This document shows, in pieces, positions 37,299 through 51,700 of a DNA stretch of 64,000 nucleotides (positions are counted from its first letter, which is position 1; each line of letters opens with the position of its first letter). The stretch spans positions 1,442,617-1,506,616 of the forward strand of contig BDGG01000013.1 of assembly GCA_001949185.1 (NCBI GenBank), given 5' to 3'. The notes beneath the pieces were generated by a model that was not told the DNA's origin, did not search any database, and saw only the letters and a program-made list of their open reading frames with translations. The translations under genes were made by a program, and so were the position numbers. Origin of the DNA: Ramazzottius varieornatus. Lineage: Eukaryota; Animalia; Tardigrada.

Positions 37299-38706
37299 CT
37301 ACGAGGACGCTTCCTTGTCTTTCTTGGGGACGTCTTCTTCTTCGTCGTCGTCCAGGTTATACTTTGCAATGTCCATATCCTCATCGTCTTCATCGTCATC
37401 GAGGTTATATTTCGCTACATCACCATCTTCATCATCATCGTCTTCCTCTTCGTCATCTTTCTCTTTCACGGCTTCCTTTTCGTCCTGAAATAGAAAAACC
37501 TTTGCAAAGCTGCAACCCAGACAATAACAGGAAAAGGTCGGATCCACGCGCGACCACTATACTGTATTCGTACCTCGCTTTCCTTTTCTTCGTCGTTGTC
37601 CGCGGAAGTTTTGTCTGAGGCGGAAGGAGCCGATGTCTTATCGTCCCCGGACGTCTGATTTTTGAATTTCTTCTTCCTCCGACCAAACTAGAACAAAAAC
37701 TGAGGTCCTTAGAATGGGAACATTTTGAATTCAAGAACTGGCCAATGCAGCAAAACCGTACGTCATCGAACTCATCGTCAGAATCCGCCTTCTCTTTATA
37801 CTCCACGCCTTCTCTTTCATTGAAACCTCCACCCAAGCCTGGAAAGATATACTGTATTCCCTCGAAAGTTCTGCGAATTACGTCATCATGCCAGTAAATT
37901 ACACCCGCACAGGTATCCCTGATTGTTTGATTGTCACCGATCATTACACTTGACTGGGGAGCAGTCTTTGATTGAAAGTATAGATACTTGCTGTTCCCCG
38001 CCGGATGATATGTACCATGACAGTCACGTGATTTGCAGAACTTTGGAGGGAATACAGTACGAGTAGATCGATGGTGAAACCGCAAAGAACACGAACAGAT
38101 GTAAAAAAGACCCCATACGTACCAGTTCTGATTTCGACTTCGGTAAATTTCGGTGCATTGCACGTGTTGCAGGTTTTTCTTCGAGCCCAGTTCACGTTTC
38201 CACATCTGTCAAAACAGAAAAAGTTAGCATCTTTTCTCGCTCACTTCCAAAAAGACTTCATTCTAGAGAATAAAGGGCTCACCCCGTATTAAACCTCACT
38301 TTGTACACATCCAGTCATCGGCGGAAAAGAGACCTTTGGATTTCTCGGCAGCTTGCTTGCCGATCTCGATTCCTGTCTTCTTGATGTTGACTTTGTCGTC
38401 GGGCTTAGCTAGAAGGGATGAATTCCGTCAAGAATATTAGACGGGAGTTGACCACTATCACCCTCTTACGCTTCCGACATCGGTTGCATTCTTGCCGTTT
38501 CCCGAAGTTGATGTTCGCACAGCTGCAAAAGAAGATCGTTATTTTGTACTGTACGAAAAACACAGTCGTTCAATCAATCCAATCGCATCAATCATCGATT
38601 CCACATAACGGTAACTTTTCACCCAAATCTGTGCCTGCCACATCACTTACTCTGGGCATTCCCAGTCTTCAAATCCTGGCTTGAATCCTGGCCTTGCAGC
38701 CGCCAT
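37299..38706 (-). CDS. ZRANB2: Zinc finger Ran-binding domain-containing protein 2-like, multi-exon
   Basis: Two RanBP2-type fingers (DWECP/CANINFGKRQECNRC and DDWMCTK/CGNVNWARRKTCNTCNAPK), the linker GIEIGKQAAEKSKGLFSADDW, then GLGGGFNERE...SDDEFDD/FGRRKK and an acidic tract. Confidence 0.93.
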
Positions 38707-38819
38707 GTTTCGGAAGCTTAGATCTCAGCTAGAAACGACTCGGGTGTTAAGAGACTGAAACGCGGAGCAAACGAAAGATCGGAAATTTCAAATTCGGAAG
38801 GCAAAACATTTGTCGCGAC

Positions 38820-39206
38820 CACTGATGTGCTGCTGAAGCGCGCGTCTGTCGGAGCATGGCAAGCTAAAACGCGCAAAATTAAAATGGTAGGCCATAAATT
38901 TACCGGAGCCAGGTCTCGTATATAGGAAACCTTGGCATCGAATCAGAATGGAAGTGATTTTTTAAATATCGAGCTAACAGGTGCAGTCAATCAACTCAAG
39001 TGTGGTTTTGTTTCTTTTTCATACCCAAGCTACGATGGAGGTTGATTGAATGATCTTGCTTTTCGGTTAAATTAACAATCTGGCACGTCACAGAATGGTT
39101 ACATCATGACTAAAATCTGCCCCGCACTATGCTTTGACGCATAACGTCAAAGATACTTTACGGTATCCTTCCTTCCAGCAACGCGCGCTTCAGCAGCACA
39201 TCAGTG
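38820..39206. mobile_element. Non-autonomous hAT-like MITE, 387 bp
   Basis: Perfect 26-bp TIRs CACTGATGTGCTGCTGAAGCGCGCGT (38820-38845 and 39181-39206). GTCGCGAC flanks both sides (38812-38819, 39207-39214), consistent with an 8-bp target-site duplication. Confidence 0.8.
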
Positions 39207-39790
39207 GTCGCGACTCGCGAATAAGTACTGACGTCATCGTGTGAAGCGATAAATGAAACACGTGGTCTGCTGTACTGGGTTGTTCGGGTAGGCAGTTGGG
39301 CCGCGATTTTGACCGACACTGTCCCGTTCCTCACTTTCGTGTCGTGCGCTCCTAGCGTTCCCTGACCGTTCCCGAAAAATCCACACAGCAAAAAATAAAA
39401 TTCCCATAATCCCATTTTCTTTGCAGCCTTCCTGGAAAAATACCGTCCTTGTTTATCCTCTTCCGATCTCCGGATTATTGTTGCTTACCTGTGACTCTGC
39501 AGTTTCTCTTGGTCTTACTGACGACTCCATCATGGACTGAACCACATCAGGCCCAACTGAAGGTGAGCAAGCAGTTTGATAAGACGTCCTTCTTACCGGT
39601 CGAGACAAAGTCGTTTTGCTTGTTGTAGACATTCTGGAATATCTCTTGCCCAAGCCACGGGAATTCATGTCGACCCTAGTGGAGAGGGATTATCGACGAT
39701 CATACCGAGTGCTTTCACGTCTGGTCTACTTATCTCCTTTGTTCGCCGTTGCTGACTGCGTTGGCCATTGCGGACCGACTCGTCATCATC

Positions 39791-42700
39791 ATGAATCATG
39801 TGGATCTTTATGTTACTCCTGCGCTCTTCTACATCGAAAGCTTAGTTAAAGCTCTGAGCAAAAAGAGTCACAAAGCTGTTACTCAAGAAATTAGCACGGT
39901 GAGAGACTAGCACGAACGAAGACTTCATCCAGTGAGAAGTCTGAAAATATTCCCTGTTTTCTTTTTGCAGGTTTGCGCCCACCAAGGACCGACTGCTATC
40001 CGCCATCTCCTCCAGTCTCTTTTTGCCGGCATTGACTTCTCTCTTGACCCTCAAGTTATCATCAAGAATAAAGATTTCCTTCAGGTAAGTTGATCGTAAG
40101 TCGCGAACTTCTTCCGAAACCGTTCTGATCTTTTCTGTCCATTATTGTTCAAATTTTGAAACTGAGGCTCAACATTCGTTGAACCACTGATTAGAATTTC
40201 AGCTTGATTGAGCTGAGCAAACACTGTCTATCAGTTGATTGTGATCAGTTGTTTGTTGACTGAGCCAGTCTAACTTATGCCGTTTTCTTTTCTTCTGTTC
40301 AGGCTTTACCGGTTCAGCTTCTCATCCAGCACGTCTCGACTCTTCTGGACGTCCCGTACTTCCGCACTATCCTCTACTTTTGCCTCGAGCGTCCCTTCGA
40401 CCTTCAACAGGTAATCGCAGATGCTTACGTCGACGTCATAAATAGGACATTCTTGTTTATGTGGACAGCGGTTGTTGAGTCAGCAATTTTGGTTGCGGCT
40501 CTTCAGCCGGGAAAGTATCTCTCTCACTATCTGTACTTGGTATACCTACCATAGGCCAAGGAAACGTTGTACGAGTGTGTGTATGGTATCATGTTTGTCT
40601 TTTTATATTATCGGTTAGCCCGAGTGAGTTTGTAGTGGTGTGTGTTGAATGTTGTGATGTGCTATGGCGGTTAAATGCTGCATGCATTTACGGTTCACAG
40701 TCCGTCGACCCTGATTACAGGTTGGCCGTCAAACGTTGTAGCCTATAGAGCTTTCAGGCCTTTGAGATGGTCTCGTGAAGCAAGGCTTTTCTATCTTTGA
40801 CAGATAGAAACACACCTGTCAGAGTGAATACAGTATAGTGATGGTGTTCTCTAGGAAGCCCAATTCTCGGGCAATCCACAACTGATCGCGCTGTGTGGAC
40901 GCATCTTCAAATTGAATAGAGAGCAGGAAAGTCGTTTGTGTGTGTTGCTGTTGAAGAGTAATATCTCGTCGGTGCGTCAACAAGCCCTAACGCAGATTCG
41001 ACAAAAGTTCCCCGATATCCTGAAGGGCTTTTGCGATGCTGATGAACGCTTGCTGCATGACACGGAAAAGACCGTTTTTCACGAGCATCTACTCCTGCTG
41101 GAACCGGGAGTGAAGGAGGAGCTAGCCGATCGTGTCACTACTGAACAGGAAGAAGAGTTTCGTCAGACGCTGAAGAAGCTCTACCCGCATTCACGACTAC
41201 TTCCGCTCCAACTCAAACCGATCTTGCTGGGTCGAACTTACACCGACCCTGACCAATACGAGGTATGATTTCGTACTCGTTATTTAGTTTGATTACTTTT
41301 GGGTGAACTCACCGTTGAGAAGTAAGTTTCTCGTAATCTTTGGAAAAAGTCACGTGGTACGCTGCATAATATCGCAGTGCCACGTGACTCAAATAACAAC
41401 TTTGCAAATAGACTCAACAAGGTTGTTCTCCCGAGTGGCGCACGCTACTCACTATTATTGACTGGAAGATTGCGCCACTGGGAATAACGATCTGCTCGAG
41501 TCTGATTTTCTAGAATTTTTTAGTCCTGCTTGGATGAGGATGGATTAATGGAATGTGTTTTTGTATCGGTAGGTCAGTCGACAGTTGGAAATGTCTCGGA
41601 ATGCGCCGAAAGTCAACCTGGATTCCGACCATGATTTACTGGTGCGACTTCTCATCGAGTTTGGCTTCAAAGCCCTGGAAAGCCTCGAGTCTTGCCGAGC
41701 CTGCTTCAACAGTTTCGGCGCCGAGATCATCACACCGGAAAGCGTGGCAAGATGCATCGGCGTCCTGGCCAGTATGGTCCCGTTAGAAGAACTGTCGCAA
41801 GAAGAAGTGGAGACGATGGAACTGGACCAGCAGGTAAGAGATCAGTCCACGGCTGAAATGACGAGTGGGAGGTTCCGAACGGTGACATCTGTAGGTGAGG
41901 AATACGGGCTACTACATCATGTGGTCGAGGGGTGAGATGAAGACAACGAGGTCAGAAGCCAAGGAAAAAGATCGGAGAAGAATGGAGAATGTCGTGACGG
42001 CGGTCTGTGAGAAATGCCAAGGACTGAGCTGGCGAGAAGTCGTGTACGAAATGGACCACGAAGGCTTTTACGTTCATGATCGAGCTGGATTACAGCTCGT
42101 TCTGATTGGCTTATACCGAGGTAAGAAAAATGATGAAGAAATACTCTACATATTCAGCGCGAAGCAAAAACACGGCGAACACATTCGGACAGATAGTTCC
42201 CTCACGTTATGGATGTTATTGACTGACTAAGTGCGCCACTTGGAAGAATTATCTTGTCGAGTTCCCAAGTAGCGCACGAAGTCAGTGTTATTGACCGGTA
42301 GTGTGCGTCACTTGGATTAAACGATCTTGTCGAATTCGTTTGGGTTGGTTCGCGGATGATACTGTTTGGTTTTTTGGTGTAGGTCTACACAGTACGCAGT
42401 TCCCCATTGAACTGCTGTATCGTCACTGGACAAACTCTGACGCACAACTTGCCTGGTTCACCCAAGCCCTCCGCAACCCCGACGTCTTTTGCTTCGCTGA
42501 CTTTGCCTGTGATCGCGCCGACTTTTCTGTCCTGAAGAATGTCCCAGATGAGTATCGACAGAGGGATATCCAAGTATGGTTGTGCCTCGACCTACTGGAA
42601 ACGCTGCTGTTCCTCGCCGACGGAGGCTTCTCACAAGAGGTAACTGAAACCGTTTCTCACGTTCGACTCTTTGACTCTTTCCATCAGAACGGTTTTCCAC

Positions 42701-45700
42701 AAACATGGTCCATAAACTTTGTAGGTTTTATCGCTGATGGAAATTCCGCTGTACCGTTGTCCAGATGTCCTGTTGATCGCACTTCTTCAGCTAAGCCCGA
42801 ATTCCGCCCAGGTAAGTCTTGTGGTCGCATCTCAAATACCTGCATACAGCGGTTCGCGCCTTCATCATCGTATGCGAGTAGGCAGGTGTCAGGCGTTGAA
42901 ATTTTCACCGTGCATTCACCTGCATAACGTTGTGCCGTTCAGTTATCGTTGACTCTTGGTATATAGATTAGTCTCTCATACTGATTTTGTCTTGCTTTAG
43001 GTTGTGACGAGCAGGACGAGGCAGCAGTTAGTCAAGCTGTGTGTTCAAAAGTTCCTGGTAGTCCATCCCAACTCGCAAGCGGTTCTGCAGTACGCCTGGA
43101 CCATCTATCCCAACAATAAGCTGTGGGCGCAGTCGCTGATGATTGATGCCATGGCCGACTGGTACATCTCGGGCAGGTACGACCAGACGCGGCTAGCCCG
43201 CATCCTGGATGTGATACAAGACCTCAAAGCCCTGGCAGACCTCCTTCAGTGCGATATTCTGCCCTTCGTGATTGACTTGGCTTGCCTATCGGCCAGGAGA
43301 GAGTATTTAAAGCTGGATAAGTGGGTGAGCGATAAGATGACCGAACACGGGGTGAAGTTCGTCACGGCGGCGTTGAAGTTCCTCGAACGAAGGTGTCCAA
43401 CACTCATCACAGGTAAGGCTCCCGGTCTCATGCTTCATCGAGATTCGAGAAAGCTGAGTGAGGGTTTCTCTTCGAAGAAGTTTCGATACGATTGCCGGAG
43501 TATACGGGAGTGGCGCAGGCCTTCGGCCAGTAACAATGAAAACGTGCGCGACTTGGTCTGGGCGACAATATTTAACCACGTCTCATATTTTGTCGAATGA
43601 TTTTCTGCTTACAGATATTTTCGTAGAATGTGTAGAGTGCTGCGCAATATTGAAAAGAATTTTCTTAGGATTTATCAGAAGACAATATTTTCGGGAATCT
43701 GGTTTGAACTTCGTAGATCGTGGTTGATTTTTTTGGGGAAACTGGTTGGGCGATTACTTTTTGACCGGCCGTGCTTCGCAACTGGTCCAACTGGTTAAAC
43801 TAACTCACCATGTTTTTACTGTATAGGCGACGCATTGAAAGACGAGCAGAGCTTACCGCGCAACGCCCAGCTTCCGTACGACACGGTGGCCATTTTTCTG
43901 CGGCATTTGCAAGACTCGATGACGCACCTCAACATTGGCTTTGAAACCATCACGCTCATCATGCGCTACATCAAGAACCAACCGGCAGTGGCCAACCGTC
44001 CTAATCCACCACCCAACGTCCTCCAACGCACTGCTGCTTCTCCTCCACCGTCGGCCACACTCCACAGCGTGACGGAAGCGTCCTCTCTGAGGATCGCCCC
44101 CAGCGAAACCATGAACCCCGCGTTCTCTAGGTATGCAAATCACCTCCCGTTTTTTGCATTTTTTTTCTACGTTTTAAATTTTGTTCTTCAACACCTTGAG
44201 CACTGCGCGATTTCGTGCTTTCAGAATACGATGCGGAAAAGTCACTTTCGCCTTGTTTTGACTGGTTGAAACTTGGGGGCGGTGCGCCACTTGGGAATTT
44301 GACAAGATCGGTTTTCCAAGTGGCGCAGTCTTTCAGCTTATGACAAAACATAAGCTGAAACATGCGTCATGCAGGAAAACGATCTTGCCGAGTTTGTTTG
44401 TCAAGCTTCCGCTGGATTTCGGTTTTCAAATACCATAAGGCACATGGGTTACACCTGTCTTTGTAGGGAAAGCGCAGCGCTAGGACCGATAGGCTCGAGG
44501 ATCCGGCCTACACCGACAGCTTTCGCACCGGGTGCTTCGTCAACGCCCTTCTCACCACCACCACCCAACGTCAGCATGGGCATGAACCTCCATCCAGAAA
44601 CCAGTCTACTTCCGGGTCCTTCGGCCTTTCGACCACCTGCACAAGTGGCTTCCGCTGCACAACCCACCAACCAGGCCATCAACGCGGCGTCTGGTGACCT
44701 TTACGGAATGCTACCAGAAGTATATTAATCGATAAATACACCAAAAAATCATTAGAGCAGATTGATTTCATAATCACTCCCTCGAAAAACCAACTCGACT
44801 GGATTGTTTTCCAAGTGACGCACGCTTCCAACCGATGTTACTGGAAAGGTGCGCCACTTGGGCAGTGGTCTTTGTAAGTGGCGCACGCTTCCAAGAAAAC
44901 GATTTGGTCGAGTTCGTTTGTCGAATTCTCAATTGGTTGTCCGTAGTTTGTTGTTTGGTCTTACAATTTCTCTTGATTCGTAGGTGAGAAAGAGTTACGA
45001 GCAGGACGTGGAGACGGAAGTGTACGCCCTGTTCAAGTCGATGTTCGCTGGGAAGATTTCGCTGAGCTTCCTGATCACAAGGATGAAAGGGTGGAAAGAC
45101 TCGAAGAACGAACGGGAAAGAAACCTCTTCGACTGTGTCATGCGCATCGTCTACGAGGAACACCAGTGGCTGCATCAGTATCCTGACAAGGAGTTCGAAG
45201 TGACGGCCAAGTTCTTTGGAACGCTCATCGATAACCAGCTGATGAGCTTCATGGCGCTGGGTATCGCTCTGAGGCAGCTCCTCGAGTTCCTCCGACTTGG
45301 TCCTTCTCACCGCTCATTCCGCTTTGCTGTCATCGCCATGGATCAGTTCAAAGAGAGACTCTTTCAGTATCACCAATACTGCTACCAGGTAAATTCCACT
45401 GGATTTTGCTGACTTGGGATTGGAAATGTTTGAATAATCCGGTTCATCCACCTGCATACGTTGACATGTACGTTTACCATTAGACACGAGTATGCAGGTT
45501 TAGTGTAAATGTGCCGCGAGTCTTGTTACGGAGTTTGCGGCCAAAGAATGGTTCGTGAAATCATTCTGGAGCATTAGCAAGCAACGCCATCACAATCAAT
45601 CGTCACCGTGCTTTTACTCCAGCCTTAGTGATCCGTCCACCTTGTTCAAATGTGAGAAAATGCTTTTGACCCAGATGGTTCTTCCAAGTGACGCACAATT

Positions 45701-48700
45701 TCAACTAATACTAACGAAGAGGTGCACCACTTGGAAGCATCTGGTTCAGTACATTAGCCAACCACATCCGACAAACATCGCGTTTCGTTTGACCACTGTC
45801 CAGCGTTTACTGCGCTTGATTTATGAATTGACATACGCACTGATTGTCGAAGATCCATACTTCTGGTTTTCAGTCCCCCGCTTTTCAGTGTCTCGAAAGT
45901 AAGGAGTATGTCATCAGACGATTTCATCTCTTCTATTCCAACGATCGAACAGCTATAACTGTCCAGCTTCAGGAAGTTCGATTCTGGAAAGTCGTTTTAC
46001 TGAAGTTCTTGTGAAGTTTTTACGGGAGTTTTGTTGCTTGTAGGTGACGACCACGCCATATTTCAAAGATTTCCCGCCGATACTACGAGAATACGTCCTC
46101 GCTGGGATAAAAGAGCAGAAGCCTAATCCCGCGCAGATAGCGGGCCTGATGACACCGCCGGTAACGTTACCGTCCACCATTCCCATGGTGGATGGTGGCC
46201 CACTAACCAGAACCAAGATGATGTCGCCTGGAGGAGACCGAGAGAAGAACGAGACGGATTCTGACGACTCAGAGACGGAAGCTGATATGCGGGTAAGTCA
46301 TTTTTTTCTAGCAAGTGGGAGATGGGCGCATGAAATTGCTTCACCATGTGGCGCAACCCCTGAGCCAGTAGCACCGAACAAGTGCGCCACTTGGGGAAAA
46401 GAGTTTTGTCGGGTGTCCTTTTTTCTGAACTATGTTTCGGGTTTGTAGATTGTGGTACCACCAGAGAACATTCGCGACAAGCTGAGCTTCCTCTTCAACA
46501 ACATCTCGATGGCCAACGTTAAGGACAAAGTGTCAGAGTTTAAAGATTTGCTGAAAGGCGAAGAGTCGGAGCAATACCTCCGATGGATATCAGAGTATAT
46601 CGTCCTGAAACGAGCCGGCATAGAGCACAACTTCCACCCGTTGTACTTCGTCTTCATGCAGGTACGTGTTGAAACAGTAGCTGGAAACTCGGGCAAACCA
46701 ACTCGACGGGATCGCCGTCCCAGGTGACGCACAATTACAGCCAAAATAACTGACAATGTGCGCTAGTTGGAAAACTCGATCAGATTGCTTTCTTAAGACG
46801 CGCACGTCTTCAGTGTTGGTGGTTGAAAGCCTGCGCCACTTCAAATGATCCAAATACAGTCTGGTCGAGTTTTTCCCAGGTGGCGCATGCTTTCAGCCAT
46901 GTCCACTGGATTTGTGTGCCTCAGAATAAATAAATGATGTCGAGTATGCTCGCCCAGCTCTCAGCTGAGCTGATGAAATAGTTTTCATGGTTTGTGGGTT
47001 TAGACTTTGGATATGCCGAAACTGTATAGCTTCATCGTTCGAGAGACGGTCAAGAGCATTCGGAACCTCCTTCGAACAGAAAAGTCTGCGGACAAGTTCA
47101 ACGACAGAACGCTGCTGAAGAACTTAGGCGCCTGGATGGGCTACATGACCATCGCCATGAACCGACCAGTCCGAGCGAAAGACCTGGACATGAAGGCGCT
47201 GATCGTCGAAGCGTACCATAAAGGCCTGAACGAACTGTACTACGCTATCCCGCTGGTTACCAAGATTCTCAGTCTCAGCAACAAGAGTCGACTCTTTGGA
47301 AAGAACAACCCATGGATCAGGACCATCCTGGCACTACTGGGAGCTGTACATGGCGATCCGGAAATGAAGCTTAATCTAAAGTAAGTTTTTTGAAGCGTAT
47401 GGATGTCGAGAATAGAAACCGAGGGGTTTTACCTGCTGTGACACGGTAGCGTACCTGGATTTCTTTTTGGACGTTCCAAAATGGGTTTCTTATGGTTGGG
47501 TGTATCAATGTGTTCGATGGTCCTTGTTGGGTTGTAGGTTCGAAGTGGAGGTCTTGGCAAAAGCGCTGGACCTCAGTGTGCAAGATTTGGGTGAGTCGCC
47601 GCTATTGAAGAACGAAGAGTACAAGCGATGGGTACTGCAGTACGCGCAACAGCTCTACGGTGCATCGGCACCGAAGATCAAGAATCGACCACCGGATCCT
47701 AGTCAGAAAGTACTTGATAGTGGGCAGGCACAACAGGGGGCTTTACCAGATCATGCCACAGGTGAGTAAAACCTGTTTTGAATTTTCTGGAATATTATGG
47801 CAGCTTTTAGTGCGATATTCGGGAAGGCACGGCCTCGTTAGTGGGTCTGTCGGTCAGGGCAGTGCCGTTATCATATGCTTCGTTGTTCACCGTTCTTTTC
47901 TTCCATAGCTGCGGACCAAGCGCTGGCTGCTCAGATTGCCGCACGAGCTGTTCCGTTGTCGTCAGCGGATATGCAGCCAGCTTCCGTTTTCAAATACCAC
48001 TACAAGGATCTCCATCCACCGCAGTTCCAAAGTACCTTCACCAAGATTGTCTTCAATCCGGACGTGGAAATCTTCCGCATGACCGATACCCAACTGAGAG
48101 GCGCGCTAAGAATTGCGGTGGAAAAGACGCTGCAGGAGTTTTTGATGCCTTGTGTCGAACGATGCTTACGGTAAAACAAACGAAATAGAGCTCTTTCCCC
48201 TGAACATGATCGTTTTTGCAAGTGGCGTCGCCTTTCGGCTGACAACACTAGAAGCGTGCGCCACTTTGGGAAACAATCGACGAGTCTTTTTACCGAGCTC
48301 CCATTAATTTGGTGATTGAACTTTTGAAATTGGTTTTGACGCTGTTTGCCTTTAGGATCTGCGTGCCCGCAGCTTTGGTCATCGCTAGGAAGGACTTTGC
48401 CCTCGACGGAGATCCAGAAAGGGTGAGACAAGCGGCGATCGTGATGGTCAGGCATTTAGCTTCTGGACTGTCTTTCGCCACCATGAGAGAAATCCTGTAC
48501 ACCAGTCTGGCTACCATGTCCAAGACGGAGATCAGCAAGCAGCTACGAGCTCTGACACCTGAACATCAAGACATCGTCGGCAAGGCTTGCGAAGTCTTCG
48601 CCAGGGACAACCTGGAGCTGTGCTCGGCCTTCTTGCAGAAAGCGGCGGCTGAACGATGTATCATGGAAGTCGAGAAAAACCTCGCGGAAGACGGTAAGGA

Positions 48701-51700
48701 AAGAAACACCGCATAAAAAATTACATTTCAGAATACTCTGGAAATTATCCGAAAAAGTTTCTCTATAGCTTCTGAAATCTCTGAAAAGCTGAAATTTCTG
48801 AATAACCAAAAAATTGAAAGATGGGTTCAGCGATAGTTGATACAGCTCCGCAAATGGCAGCTCGGCAAACAGGCTCGCGCTGCGCACATTTTCATTGGCA
48901 AAGGCTGCAAGCACGCGCCACTCCGGAGTACGTTTTGGTCGAATTTGATTGCCGAGGTCCCACTTTGGCAAATATACTTTGGTCCCAAATATATAACAAG
49001 TTTGAAAAGATTACTGATTATTTTGTTTTGTAAGTTTAGAAATCGATGATTGATCGTTTTTCCGTCGTTGCAGTGAGGAAGAGGTCCGAGGCCAAAGCGG
49101 AAGGTAAGATGTGGCTGGACGAGGAAGAAGCCAAGGTTCAGAGAGACCGCATGCCGGCGTCGTTGCGGGTGGAGCCCAACCAACTGCGAGACGACGTGCT
49201 GTCGGTATACCAACACTACGCAGACAGCATTCCTGGCTTCATGACCGACGCCGACAACGAACGAAGAACCAAGATGGCGGCCATGCGACAAAGACAGCTG
49301 CAGGAACAACAGCAACAAGCTATGCGCGCTGGAGCCGCTGGTCCAAGGGTTGGTCCACTACCACAAGAACCCAAGGAAGAAGACTTTATCCTGGTAAGAC
49401 AAGCCAGCCATAGTTCAAAGGGGAAAATTTTGAAATTGGATTTATACCAAACAGACTTTCAAACCTCGCCAAGACGTTTTCCTTCAAGCGGAGCATGCTC
49501 TTGGGTAGTACACCGGAGATGTGCGCCACTTCGGAAAATACTGAAACTTGACCAGATCAGTTTTCCAAGCGGCGCAGTTTTTTTCAGTCAGTGACAATCG
49601 CAACCTGCGCCACTTGGAAAGCATTCTTGTCGAGGTTGTTTCCAGAGCTCACATTTCTGCAGATTCCAAGATTGTTTTACGTTGAATATTGTCTGCTGTA
49701 GATTTGTGACGGGACAGCTGCGAAGCTGACTCAGTACATGGACATGATGGCAGGAGGAATGGGTCGGGACAACCGCCATCTTCAAATCATGGCCGGCCTG
49801 AAGAACAAGTTCCAAGATGCCCGCAACGTCGTCAGAGCTTCAAACGCCCGAGCAGCTGCCTCGGAAATCGTCATCTTCGTCGTGGACTGTCTTCTCGAAG
49901 GCCTTTCACCGGACGCCATGTCGCTTCCCAACAACCAGCAGAACGAACCTGGTAAGACCAACCTTTCCAGAACTTCGAAGGATTTTGCGAAACTGACGTG
50001 GAATGTTTTACAGGTGTCAGTCTCGAACAAGTGGTCATCAAGTTCCGCGACGCCTGCCTGAACATCCTGATGGCCTTCCAAGACCCCAAAGTCCTCGGCC
50101 CGTCCGCTGTCGTCCAGATAGTCTCCATGACGCTGGTGGAAGGTACGGGCGCGAACAGCGGTACTTACGCCAACATCAAGGCGTCGTCGTTCGAGACGTT
50201 CAACCTGATGATCAGGTCTAGACTCCTGGCTGTCACGTACCTCGACCAAAAACTGAGCCAACTCATCGACCAACAACCAGGAACAAGAGATGCCATCGGT
50301 CTAGCCCAGCTGCTCATCAAGACCTTTTGCGTGGAAGAGAAACTCAACGGCGTCTGTGGCGAGGTAAAATGTAATTTTTGAATTTTCGCAAATTGATAGA
50401 AATGAAGGATTCGTTTTGTAGCTCGAAATGGAACTGAGACATGACTTCTATTCGAACTGGGTATACAGGCTTTTTGTTGCAGAGCGATCTGTTCTTCACC
50501 ATCGAAGCTCTCTTCCGATACTGTACCAGGCACAACGACGTGCCCTTCTCGACGCACTTCCTCATGGACGAAGTCAAAGTGGACTTGTCACCCGGTCGTC
50601 GCTACGACCAACGGCGCGAGGCAGCTCTGGAGAACTCGATGTACGCAGCCTACCTGCACAACAGTGTCACCACGGTAAGAGACGCCCCAGAAGTGATGGC
50701 GGTCCGAGAAAAGGCCGAGCACGTTCTGCGGGAATGGTATACTATGGTCAACGGACCACACTTCGGACCAGCCATGCACGCTATCGAGAAGGCCAGCGAT
50801 GCCATGCCACAAGCGATGGACTTGGTCAAAACGGCCTTCACCAGAGTCTTCCAAGATATGCGACATTTCTTGTCCAGCGACGAACTGGCCACAAGGCAAA
50901 CCTAATGACAAAACCATTTTTTCCGTTGGGAATATTCTTGAGAATGTTTTGAGAATCTTTTTAATATTTTTTCAGGTTCTTCAAGACGTGCATAGACTTA
51001 TGCGCTCGCGATTGCTACCGCATGGTGGCTGATCCAGCACCCGGTAACGCCGCGTTCGTTCAAGACCAGATGCGCATCAAGATGGCGCCGATGCTGGACG
51101 CGCTAGCAAGACTTCTCGTCTTGGTCATTCGCTTCGCGGCGGATAACGCACCCAATATCAAGGCCGGATGGATGCGCGATGCCGGCATCGCCGTTTCCAA
51201 AATGGTATTTTTACTGGGGTTTCCGTCTTCGGTACCCGTCGTTTTCTCGTAATGTGTGAAGTAACCTGGTTGCTTTCACTTCTTTCAGCTGGGTATCATC
51301 GCCGGTGTCATGTTTAGCCATCAAGACAACTACGATGTCCAGTTTCTGGCCTATCCCTTCCATCGTATCCTTTATTCTTTCTTCATGGATCTCTTTATTA
51401 ACGAGTTCAAGTTCATCTCCATTCAAGTACGTTAAGGCCATTCACTATCCTGATTATTTCGGACCTCTCGTAGTTTAGAGGAACAAACTCGATAAGATCG
51501 TGTGTCCAAGTGGCGCACGCTTCCAGCCAACAACGCTGAAGACGTGCGCCACTTGCGAAATTAATCCATCGTTAATTCGCGTGGCGCATGCTCTTAGCCA
51601 TAAATACGAGTGATCTGCGTCACTTGTGAAAACAGTGTTTATAGAGCTCCCAGTTTCTAAATTTAGCGCGATGAGTTTGAAATGGTTTTTCTTTTTCTTA

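Noticed and set aside
41349-41390. AGTCACGTGG...CCACGTGACT hairpin, and similar one-off hairpins near 16303-16341 and 27008-27043
   Set aside because: The inverted repeats are real, but each is single-copy here, so no family or function can be argued.
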